Source: a bacterium (GTDB lineage Bacteria > Krumholzibacteriota > Krumholzibacteriia > G020349025). From it: a stretch of 64,000 bases of DNA. Shown one piece after another: positions 1 to 7,726 of this stretch. The notes below the pieces were generated by a model, which made no database searches, was not told the DNA's origin, and saw nothing but the letters and a program-made list of their open reading frames with translations. A program made the position numbers and the translations under genes. Position 1 is the first letter of the stretch. The number at the start of each line of letters is the position of its first letter. The DNA lies in assembly GCA_031362565.1 (NCBI GenBank), contig JANLSU010000078.1, forward strand, positions 36,163 to 100,162. Reading direction: 5' to 3'.

Positions 1-695
1 AGCTGGTTGTTGATCGCCGTGGAGATGTTGCCTTCCTTGATTCCGACGCGCAGCTGCGTCGAACCAAGCGTCTGCAGACTCGAGTTCACGGTCGTGATGG
101 CCGCGTTGACCGCCGCCAGGGCCGTCGACGCGTTTGAAGTCGAGTCGACCGCGAGTGCCGCGTCGTTGACGCCGAGGCCGGTGGCGCCATGGTTCTGCGA
201 CACCGAGAACGACAGCGTGTCGGTCGAACCCTGGCCGACCTGGAACTGCTTGCTCGTGAACGTGCCGTCGAGCAGCTTCTGGCCGCCCCACTGGGTCGTG
301 TTCACGATGTCGTCGACTTCGCTCGCGAGCTGGTCGAGCTGGCTCTCCACCGCGGTGCGCTCGTCCGTGCCGAGCGTGTCACTGGCGGCTTGGAGGACTT
401 TTTCCTTCATGACCAGGAGGATCTCGTTGATCGACTGCATGCCGCCTTCGGCCGTCGACACCAGGTTCGACACGTCACCGATGTTGTCACGCGCGACGAC
501 CAGACCACGCGTCTTCGACTCGAGGTTCTTCGCAAAAACCAACCCTGCCGGGTCATCGCCAGCCTGGTTGATGCGCTTGCCGGTCGCGATGCGGAGCTGA
601 TGCATCGCCAGGTTCGAGTTGGCGTCGCGGAGCGCCTTCAACGCGTTCAAGGCGCCGATATTGGTATTGATCCGCGACAGATCCGGGCCTGCCAT
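1..695 (-). CDS. fliC: Flagellin (3' end runs off the window)
   Basis: Not in the ORF track; translated by hand from ATG at 695: MAGPDLSRINTNIGALNALKALRDANSNLAMHQLRIATGKRINQAGDDPAGL...AEGGMQSINEILLVMKEKVLQAASDT, a typical flagellin N-terminal domain. RBS AAAGGGG upstream. Confidence 0.95.
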   Translation of the reverse strand, partial: MAGPDLSRINTNIGALNALKALRDANSNLAMHQLRIATGKRINQAGDDPAGLVFAKNLESKTRGLVVARDNIGDVSNLVSTAEGGMQSINEILLVMKEKVLQAASDTLGTDERTAVESQLDQLASEVDDIVNTTQWGGQKLLDGTFTSKQFQVGQGSTDTLSFSVSQNHGATGLGVNDAALAVDSTSNASTALAAVNAAITTVNSSLQTLGSTQLRVGIKEGNISTAINNQ

Positions 696-724
696 GTGGG
701 TCCCCTTTCACAATTTAGGACGCA

Positions 725-781
725 GTCCGTGCCAGGAGCTTGGGCGCCGGTGAGCGGCGCCGGCTGCGAAGCGTCCGTGCC
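725..781 (-). promoter_or_regulatory. Two putative CsrA-binding sites (ACGGA) in the flagellin 5'UTR
   Basis: The 9-mer GGCACGGAC occurs twice on the minus strand (773-781, 725-733), each in a short stem-loop context; matches the ANGGA CsrA motif; fliW is in the cluster. Confidence 0.55.
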
Positions 782-816
782 TTCTGGCCGGTGCGTCGCT
801 CTTGGCTCCAGGGACT

Positions 817-843
817 TCATCGCAAGCCTGAGCCCGAACTTGA
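817..843 (-). promoter_or_regulatory. Sigma-28 (FliA) promoter of flagellin
   Basis: Minus strand TCAAGTTC-N11-TGCGATGA versus consensus TAAAGTTT-N11-GCCGATAA; about 120 bp upstream of the flagellin ATG and overlapping the last codons of the KaiC-like gene. Confidence 0.7.
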
Positions 844-2493
844 GCCGTCTGGACGTGCAGCACCGCGGAATGAATCGGCAACCACAGGATGCGGCCCACC
901 CGCATTGGCAACCTGCGGATCCCCTGCCATCGGTGCGGGCAGTGCATCCGGCACTGCGACCGGCGTCCGGCGTGGTGCCGGCAGTGTTTCCGGCAGCAGC
1001 ACGCCAAGCTTGGCAGGCATCACCGGCGACGTTGGCGGCGCGCCGGCCGGCGCCGGCGTATCGGCCATGACTCGAAAGCCATCCTTGTCGATGTGATAGT
1101 CGACGATCTGCTTCGAGTGGTCGCTGCCGGCATGCTTGGTCACCGCAATGACGCGCCGCGACCAGTCCTTGTGCGTCGAAGCCGTGAGCCGAATGACCGT
1201 GTTCGCCAAGTAACTGTAGTCCGGCACGTCACCCGCCTGGATGCCACCCAATTGCCGGATCTCGTTCAACACGATCGACGTCGTTCCAGCCGCCTGGAAC
1301 AGTGCTGCAAGCACGAGGACGTAGTCACGGACGCGATCCTCGTCCTTCACCGCCGCCCACAAGTCGTCGATGCTGTCGAGAACGAGACGGCGCGGCTGCG
1401 TGGTCCGCAGATCGCGCATCAGGCCATCGATCATTTCCTCGACGCACAGGGTCGTGGGATCGTGGTGGCGAATGAGCAGCGCGCCACTGCGATACGCCGC
1501 CGACCAGTCCATTTGCAGCGATTGAGCCTGGGCCAGAATCTGGTCCGGCGTATTCTTGATGCTGAGCAAGAGGCAATTCTCGCCGGCGCGTAGGCCGGAG
1601 TCGATGAAGTGTTGCGCCAGCACGGATTTGCCGGTCCCGGGCGGGCCGGAGACGAGGTTCAGCGAACCATTCCAGAGCCCGCCATCCAACATCGCGTCGA
1701 CACCGCGGACGCCCGTCGACACGCGGGTGCGATCGGGCTTTGCCAGGTCGCCCATGATGCGATGCACGTCCACCGGGCGCAGACGTGGATACACGACGAC
1801 ACCTTCAGGCCCGAGCTTGAAAGGATGGCGCCCCGAGAGATGCGGTTGGCCGCGCGTCTTCCGCACCTCGATTTGGCGCAAGTTCTCGCCCCCGCCCGTC
1901 GAGTTGACGTTGTGCAGCCGGATCGACGCATCGACCAAGTACTCCTCGAAGGCGATCGTTTCATCGTTCAGACGGTCGAGTTCCTTGACCAGGATGGACG
2001 TGATGCCCCGCAGCTTGAGAGCGTTCAGAATCTGGCCCAGTAGTTCGCGCAAGCCTTGCTCTTCGGCGGTGACACGCCGGAAGTGGGTGATGCTGTCGAT
2101 GACGAGCCGGCGAACGCCGATTTCCTCGACGATCTTGTCGACCAGATCCAGCTTGCCGCTGAAACTCTTCAGAATGCGCGCCGGCGGCGTCCACACCAGA
2201 CGCAGCAGGCCGGCGGCTTCAAGCGGCTTCAGGTCGATTCCAAACTGCAGAGCCTCGAGGTACACCTGGCGCGGAAATTCTTCGAAGGTGATCATGAGTG
2301 CCGGCTCGGAGTATTTGACGATGCCTTCGTAGAGAATCCGCATCGCGACGCTGCTCTTGCCGCTGCCGGGTGGGCCCTCGATGAGCAAGCTGTTGCCGCG
2401 CACGAGGCCGCCGTCCAGGAGGTGGTCCAGTCCGGCGATGCCGGTCGGCATCCGTTCAAAACCTTGCCCAGGGTCGGTGATCGCGGTGCGCAT
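817..2493 (-). CDS. KaiC-like double RecA-domain ATPase
   Basis: Two RecA-like domains: TGIAGLDHLLDGG/GPPGSGKS/ITFEE/LVIDSI/VRKTRG and TGVRGVDAMLDGG/GPPGTGKS/LVLDSI; Pro/Ala-rich tail. Start placed at MRTAITD (2493) because the longer ORF overlaps the upstream gene. Confidence 0.9.
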   Translation of the reverse strand: MRTAITDPGQGFERMPTGIAGLDHLLDGGLVRGNSLLIEGPPGSGKSSVAMRILYEGIVKYSEPALMITFEEFPRQVYLEALQFGIDLKPLEAAGLLRLVWTPPARILKSFSGKLDLVDKIVEEIGVRRLVIDSITHFRRVTAEEQGLRELLGQILNALKLRGITSILVKELDRLNDETIAFEEYLVDASIRLHNVNSTGGGENLRQIEVRKTRGQPHLSGRHPFKLGPEGVVVYPRLRPVDVHRIMGDLAKPDRTRVSTGVRGVDAMLDGGLWNGSLNLVSGPPGTGKSVLAQHFIDSGLRAGENCLLLSIKNTPDQILAQAQSLQMDWSAAYRSGALLIRHHDPTTLCVEEMIDGLMRDLRTTQPRRLVLDSIDDLWAAVKDEDRVRDYVLVLAALFQAAGTTSIVLNEIRQLGGIQAGDVPDYSYLANTVIRLTASTHKDWSRRVIAVTKHAGSDHSKQIVDYHIDKDGFRVMADTPAPAGAPPTSPVMPAKLGVLLPETLPAPRRTPVAVPDALPAPMAGDPQVANAGGPHPVVADSFRGAARPDGSSSGSGLR

Positions 2494-2519
2494 GTGGGTG
2501 CCGTTTCGTTGGTTTGGAT

Positions 2520-4634
2520 CTATCGCGTTTCGCAGCCGCAATAGGGGCAGGCTTGCCACTCCGGGCTTTGCGGGGCATTGCACTGGGTGCAGTAGGCTTG
2601 CTTCCAGTCGCGCTCGATTTCGTTGCCGCAGTGGGCGCAGACTTCCCAGTTCGCTTCGACCGGCCGGGTGCACGTCGGACAGCTCTCGCGCAGCACCGTC
2701 TTGCAGTACGGGCAGTTGGCGTATTCGATACTGACGAGCTGCTTGCAGCCGGTGCACAGGCGCTCGTGCGCTTCTTCCGACAGCAGGCAACGCTCGACCT
2801 CGGCGATCGTCGTGATGCCTTCCAAGACGGCACGCTTGCCGTATTCGCCCAAGGTCATCATGCCGTCGCGGCGCGCCGCATTGCGCAGCGCCGAGGAGGA
2901 GGCACGTTCGAGCACCATGCGGTGGTATCGCTCCTCGAGCCGGAAGTATTCGAAGACCGCCAGGCGGCCCCGATAGCCGGTGAAGCCGCATTCGGTGCAG
3001 CCGAGGCCGCGGTACAACTGCGGAACGTCGGTTCCGAGCACGGCGATCTCGGTGGGACTCGGCACGTAGGCTTCCTTGCACGGCACACAGATCGTGCGCA
3101 CGAGCCGCTGCGCCAAAACTCCGCGCAGGGTCGCGGTGATGAGATACGGCACACAGCCCATGTCCACCAGGCGCGCCACGGCTTGCGTCGCGTCGTTGGT
3201 GTGCAGCGTGCTGAAGACCTTGTGGCCGGTCAGTGCAGCTCGACACGCAATCTCGACGGTGTCATTGCTGCGAATTTCGCCGACCAGCACCACATCCGGG
3301 TCCTGCCGCAGGATCGATTGCAACGCCCGTTCGAAGGTCAAACCGGCCGGTTCATTGATCTGAACCTGGGTGATGCCCGCCAGCGAATACTCGATCGGGT
3401 CTTCGATGGCGACGATGTTCTGCGATTCCCGGTCGAGTGCCGCGAGCGTCGCGTACAGCGTCGTCGTCTTGCCGCTGCCGGTCGGCCCGGTGACCAGGAA
3501 GAATCCCTGCGGGTTTTCGATCATGTCGCGATGCAGGGCCCGGATTGCATCCGGCATTTGCAGCTTGGTGATGTCGAGAAGACTCATGTCCTTCTTCAAC
3601 AGGCGCACGACGATCTTTTCACCGAACTGCGATGGCAGGCTCGAGACCCGCAGGTCGACGAGGATGCCGTCGCGCTGCATCGAGAAGCGGCCGTCTTGTG
3701 GCATCCGGCGCTCGGCAATGTCCATTTGCGACATGACTTTCAATCGTGACGTGACCGCCGGGGTCAGCGCATCCGGCAGTGACGCAACATGATGCAGGAT
3801 GCCGTCGATTCGAAAGCGAATGCCGAGCGCGCCAAGCCCCGGCTCTACATGCGCGTCGGTGGCATCCATCGAATATGCCGCGCTCAACATTTCCTCGACG
3901 ATATCGGTCGCATTCGCGGCGTGTTGCTTCAGCCGTTCTTCGATGTCGAAACGGCCGGCGTGTTGCGACGCCTGGCCGGACACCGCCGGCGCCGAGTCGA
4001 ATTCGTCCCGCGCCGCCGCCGGCAGGGGCCGTGCAGTTTCGACGCCCGGCGCTGGACCAGTGGCGGTCGATGCCCACGGCGTCGGTCCGGCGGCCGCCGT
4101 GGCTTGCACCGCCGGCGCCGGGGCGCGTCCGCGTCCCATCTCAGTGTGCGTGGCCTCCGACTGGGCGACGAGTTCGGCGACCTTGGCGTAGTGCGCGTCG
4201 ATGACTTCGCAAAGATCGCCGGGCAGCGCTACGAAGCTGCGCAGCTTGCGCTGCAGCACTGCCGTCACGGCTTCCAGTGCGGCTTCGTTGTCGGGCCGCG
4301 CGAATGCGACGCACACCGTGTCGCCCTGAACACCGACGACGAGCGCTTGATGCCGCTTGGCAAGGCGCGACGGCAGCATGCGCACGAGACGCGCATCGTA
4401 GACGACCGCATGCACGTCGATCGCCGGGGAGAAATAGTAGTTCTCGAGCACCTGGAGGAGCTGGCGGCGCGACATGGCGCCTTCGCGGACGAGCAACGCC
4501 TCGATGGAGATCTGTTCGTCTTGCGCCACCGCCGCCCACAAGCTGGCGCGTGGTTCATCGAGAATCTTGCAATGGATGAGAATGGCGTCGAGCCCGACCT
4601 CTTCGGCGGATCGAAGCGCTTCGGTCAACGGCAT
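2520..4634 (-). CDS. GspE/PilB-family secretion ATPase with degenerate MshEN N-terminus and C-terminal zinc-ribbon array
   Basis: Walker A GPTGSGKT, Asp box IEDPIEY, Walker B VVLVGEIR, His box GHKVFSTLH, internal CxxC...CxxC, six further CxxC at the C-terminus. Confidence 0.92.
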   Translation of the reverse strand: MPLTEALRSAEEVGLDAILIHCKILDEPRASLWAAVAQDEQISIEALLVREGAMSRRQLLQVLENYYFSPAIDVHAVVYDARLVRMLPSRLAKRHQALVVGVQGDTVCVAFARPDNEAALEAVTAVLQRKLRSFVALPGDLCEVIDAHYAKVAELVAQSEATHTEMGRGRAPAPAVQATAAAGPTPWASTATGPAPGVETARPLPAAARDEFDSAPAVSGQASQHAGRFDIEERLKQHAANATDIVEEMLSAAYSMDATDAHVEPGLGALGIRFRIDGILHHVASLPDALTPAVTSRLKVMSQMDIAERRMPQDGRFSMQRDGILVDLRVSSLPSQFGEKIVVRLLKKDMSLLDITKLQMPDAIRALHRDMIENPQGFFLVTGPTGSGKTTTLYATLAALDRESQNIVAIEDPIEYSLAGITQVQINEPAGLTFERALQSILRQDPDVVLVGEIRSNDTVEIACRAALTGHKVFSTLHTNDATQAVARLVDMGCVPYLITATLRGVLAQRLVRTICVPCKEAYVPSPTEIAVLGTDVPQLYRGLGCTECGFTGYRGRLAVFEYFRLEERYHRMVLERASSSALRNAARRDGMMTLGEYGKRAVLEGITTIAEVERCLLSEEAHERLCTGCKQLVSIEYANCPYCKTVLRESCPTCTRPVEANWEVCAHCGNEIERDWKQAYCTQCNAPQSPEWQACPYCGCETR

Positions 4635-6109
4635 GACATGCCTCGCGTTTCAGCCGCCGGCGCCATCTGCTGGAGATGCACGCGCGCCTGATCGTCGTCG
4701 CCCAACTTGTGATACAGACCCGCGAGACGCCGGTGTGCTTCCTCGCACGTCGCGTCGATCTGCAGCACGTTTTCGTAACTCTCGGCAGCCGCCGCGAGTT
4801 GGTTCAAGCCCATGCGGAGCCGCGCTTGCAAGCGGAACAACTCCGCATCGCGCACCTGCTGCACGGCTTCACCCGCGGTGGTGAGCGCCGCATCGAGATC
4901 GGTGTCGGCGAGCGCGCACACCAGTTCGCACCAGCCGCCCGCCAGGTCGGGCTCGAGCTGTGTGGCGCGCCGCCAGTGCGTGAGCGCTGCATCGTGCGCG
5001 CCGCGCTGAGCTGCGAGGCGCGCCAGGAGGCGCTCACACGGCGCCCACCCGGGCCGGGCTGCCTGTACCTCTGCTGCAGCCTCTGCCGCCTGGGCCCAAT
5101 TCCCGGCGCGGAACTGACACTCCGCCAAAATGAGCCAAGCGCGCGGTGCGTCCGGCGCAAAGCCCAGGCTCGAGCCGCTAGCGGTTCCACGCGCGCACTG
5201 CCGCAAGTACGCCTGCGCGTCGGCGCGCGCGGCATCGAAGGCACCTTGGCGCGTCCGCGCTGCGGCACGCACCAAGAGCGCCATCGCCGTCTGCGGGTCG
5301 ATCCGCAGCGCTGCATCCGCCGCGGTCACCGCCTCAGCCAATCGTCCGAGTTTCAGCAAGACACTCGCCAGGTTCTGGTACGCGGCGGCGCGGTGTGCCG
5401 AATCGAGGCTGTTGGTGCGAAGCGCCGCCTCGTAGTACGGCACGGCTTCAGCCGGTTGCTGCAGCAAGGATTGCGTCTCGGCCAAGTGATACAGCACGAA
5501 TCCATCGCCCGGGCGGTCGGCAAGATCGAGTTCGAGAAGACGAAGATTGCGCTCCAACTTGATCCGTTTGGGTCCCGTGTCGATACAGTAGCCAGAATGC
5601 ACGAGCACAATATCGCTCCTGCCGATCACGCACCCGGCGGCGGCGAGCGATGGGGTCACTTGTTCGTGAACGCGGCCCTGGAATCGCACCCCGGCGAGAT
5701 TGCGGAACAGGCGCGGGTAGCGATGGACGAATTCCTGGCCTGCCTGCGAGCCGGCAAGCGGGCTGCGAATCGCGACCAGCCAAGCACCGGTATCGGCACG
5801 GCGCAGGCACTGTCGCAACGCCGCCTCTTGGCCCGGCGCCAACTCTTCGTCGGCGTCGAGACACAGGATCCAGTCGCCGGTTGCGGCCGCCAACGCTGCG
5901 TTGCGTGCCGCCGCGAAATCCTCTTGCCATGGCACTTCGAGGACGCGCGCCCCGTGTGCTTGGGCGATCGCAATCGTCGCATCGGTCGAACCCGTGTCCA
6001 CGACGATGATTTCCGGCGCGACGTCGCGCACCGAGGCCAGCGCCTTCGCCACGACCGCAGCTTCGTTGCGGACGATCATGCAGATGGAGAGATTGCTGCC
6101 GCGATGCAT
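4625..6109 (-). CDS. Family 2 glycosyltransferase with TPR repeats (likely flagellin glycosylation)
   Basis: SICMIVRNE, VDTGSTD, DFAAARN, LDADE, GRVHEQ followed by TPR helices; RBS AAGGAG before ATG 6109. Confidence 0.9.
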   Translation of the reverse strand: MHRGSNLSICMIVRNEAAVVAKALASVRDVAPEIIVVDTGSTDATIAIAQAHGARVLEVPWQEDFAAARNAALAAATGDWILCLDADEELAPGQEAALRQCLRRADTGAWLVAIRSPLAGSQAGQEFVHRYPRLFRNLAGVRFQGRVHEQVTPSLAAAGCVIGRSDIVLVHSGYCIDTGPKRIKLERNLRLLELDLADRPGDGFVLYHLAETQSLLQQPAEAVPYYEAALRTNSLDSAHRAAAYQNLASVLLKLGRLAEAVTAADAALRIDPQTAMALLVRAAARTRQGAFDAARADAQAYLRQCARGTASGSSLGFAPDAPRAWLILAECQFRAGNWAQAAEAAAEVQAARPGWAPCERLLARLAAQRGAHDAALTHWRRATQLEPDLAGGWCELVCALADTDLDAALTTAGEAVQQVRDAELFRLQARLRMGLNQLAAAAESYENVLQIDATCEEAHRRLAGLYHKLGDDDQARVHLQQMAPAAETRGMSCR

Positions 6110-6123
6110 GGCGGACTCCTTCG

Positions 6124-6573
6124 TCACGCGTCGCCACGCCGCGCTTGCAGCGCGTCGAGGACCCGGTAACGTGCTGGCCAGCGATCACCGGGAAGCACGA
6201 TTTGAACGCCACGGCGGCGCTTGGGATTGACGAGAATCGGCCCCTTCAAATTGGCGGTCATCTCGCCCGGGTCATCGGGAATACCGACCGTGACCAGTAC
6301 CATCACGCCCGAATCTTCCCACCAGTGCACCGCGGCCGCGTCGGCTTCGGAAATCTCGACGGTGTAGTCCGGGCAAATGAGGAACGGCTCGATGACGACG
6401 AATGCCAAAGAGGGGTCTTGCAGCGATTGCAGCAGCCGCAGCGGCGACTTCGGGCCATGCTCGAGCAGTACGTAGCGATGCTCGTGCTCGAACCCAAAGA
6501 GGCCGCGCTCGAACTCCAAGACATCCGCCTCGGAGACCTCGACCACACCGTATCGCTCCGTCTGCACCTGCAT
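6124..6573 (-). CDS. fliW: Flagellar assembly factor FliW
   Basis: F..GLFGFE, LQSLQDPSLAFVVIEPF, MTANLKGPILVN; follows flgL. Confidence 0.93.
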   Translation of the reverse strand: MQVQTERYGVVEVSEADVLEFERGLFGFEHEHRYVLLEHGPKSPLRLLQSLQDPSLAFVVIEPFLICPDYTVEISEADAAAVHWWEDSGVMVLVTVGIPDDPGEMTANLKGPILVNPKRRRGVQIVLPGDRWPARYRVLDALQARRGDA

Positions 6574-6606
6574 CGAAATCCGACGCCCCTTCTTCCCCCA
6601 AAGGAA

Positions 6607-7716
6607 CTACCGCAGGAAGTTCGTGAGACTCATTTGAAACATGCGCGAGGTGGCCGCGAGCGCCGCCTGATAGGCGTTCTGTTGCGCCTGCAGCCGCACC
6701 ATCGTCTCGGGCAGATCCGCGTCCCGCACCTGGGACAGGTGGTCTTCGAGCGCCAGGTGGTCGCTGGCCAGGAGTTGGCTCTGGGTCTCGAGCGCCGCCG
6801 ACCGCGCGCCGAGCAATCCGACTTGCTTGCCGACGTTGGAAATCGCCGTGTCGATGCCGCTCAAGAGCGAGCGCACCTTGTCGCCGTCGTTTTTCCACAG
6901 GGCGTTCTTGAGATCGATGGCGAGTTGAAACAAATTGCTGCCGTTGGTGAAGACTTCCGGCCCGGTGAGATTCACGGGTTCGGTCCGTTCCGGGCCGATC
7001 TGGCGCAAGATGTCACCCGTCAGCGTGCCTTGAGCCGGTACGGCGCTCGTCGTCTGGGTCGTGTAACTCGCGGTGTAGTCCGTGCCGTCGAGCATCGCGC
7101 CGCCCGGAATCGCTTCGATGCGGCCTTTGTCGTAGTCGATGCGGTAGTCGACGCCTTCGCGATAGGTCACCGCACCGTTGGTCGATCGCACCACGACCGA
7201 TCCGGCGGCGAGCTTGGCGTTCGCCAGGTCGACCTCAGTGGCGATTCCGGCGCGAAACGTCTCCGAAGCGACCGCCGTGCTCTTGGCATAGGGCGCTGAC
7301 TCGCTGCGGAAACCACCAAAGAGATACCGGTCGCCATCCGTGGCGTTCGCTTGCTCCACCAATTCCTGCAGCAACTGATCGACGGAAGTGCCCAAGGTGC
7401 CGCGTTCGCCGTTCGAGTCGTCGCTGCCGCGGAGTGCGATCTCCTTGAGCTTCGACAAGAGTTCCTGCACGGTGCCCAAGGGATGCTCGGTCGCCGCCAC
7501 CCAATGCGCCCCGTCGTCGACATTGGCCTGGTACTGCGCGTTGCGCTCCAGGAGCGCTTGTAGCTTTTGCGACAGCATCGTGCCGCTCGGATCCTGCGAC
7601 GGCCGCGCGAACCGCCGTCCCGTGGCGATTTCCTGCTGGTATTCGTTGATCTGGCCGAGGGCCCGCGCAACGTTTTGGCGCATCGAACGATGCATCTGTG
7701 CGTCGGTGACTCTCAT
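6607..7716 (-). CDS. flgL: Hook-associated protein 3 FlgL
   Basis: MRVT...IATGRRFARPSQDP, RYLFGG, flagellin-like C-terminus (SLTNFLR); follows flgK. Confidence 0.92.
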   Translation of the reverse strand: MRVTDAQMHRSMRQNVARALGQINEYQQEIATGRRFARPSQDPSGTMLSQKLQALLERNAQYQANVDDGAHWVAATEHPLGTVQELLSKLKEIALRGSDDSNGERGTLGTSVDQLLQELVEQANATDGDRYLFGGFRSESAPYAKSTAVASETFRAGIATEVDLANAKLAAGSVVVRSTNGAVTYREGVDYRIDYDKGRIEAIPGGAMLDGTDYTASYTTQTTSAVPAQGTLTGDILRQIGPERTEPVNLTGPEVFTNGSNLFQLAIDLKNALWKNDGDKVRSLLSGIDTAISNVGKQVGLLGARSAALETQSQLLASDHLALEDHLSQVRDADLPETMVRLQAQQNAYQAALAATSRMFQMSLTNFLR

Positions 7717-7726
7717 TCGGGCCTCC

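Noticed and set aside
719..734. TGGCACG as a sigma54 promoter for flagellin
   Set aside because: No GC at the required GG-N10-GC spacing; better explained as a CsrA-type repeat.
817..2493. Circadian clock
   Set aside because: No kaiA or kaiB in the window; domain II catalytic residues and the ST phosphosites are not conserved.
2494..3246. 809-aa ORF suggesting an N-terminally extended KaiC or a PilB-KaiC fusion
   Set aside because: The extension overlaps the PilB gene in another frame and reads as Arg-rich shadow sequence; PilB has its own stop at 2520.
2520..4634. Complete type II secretion or type IV pilus locus
   Set aside because: No platform protein, pilins, peptidase or secretin in the window.
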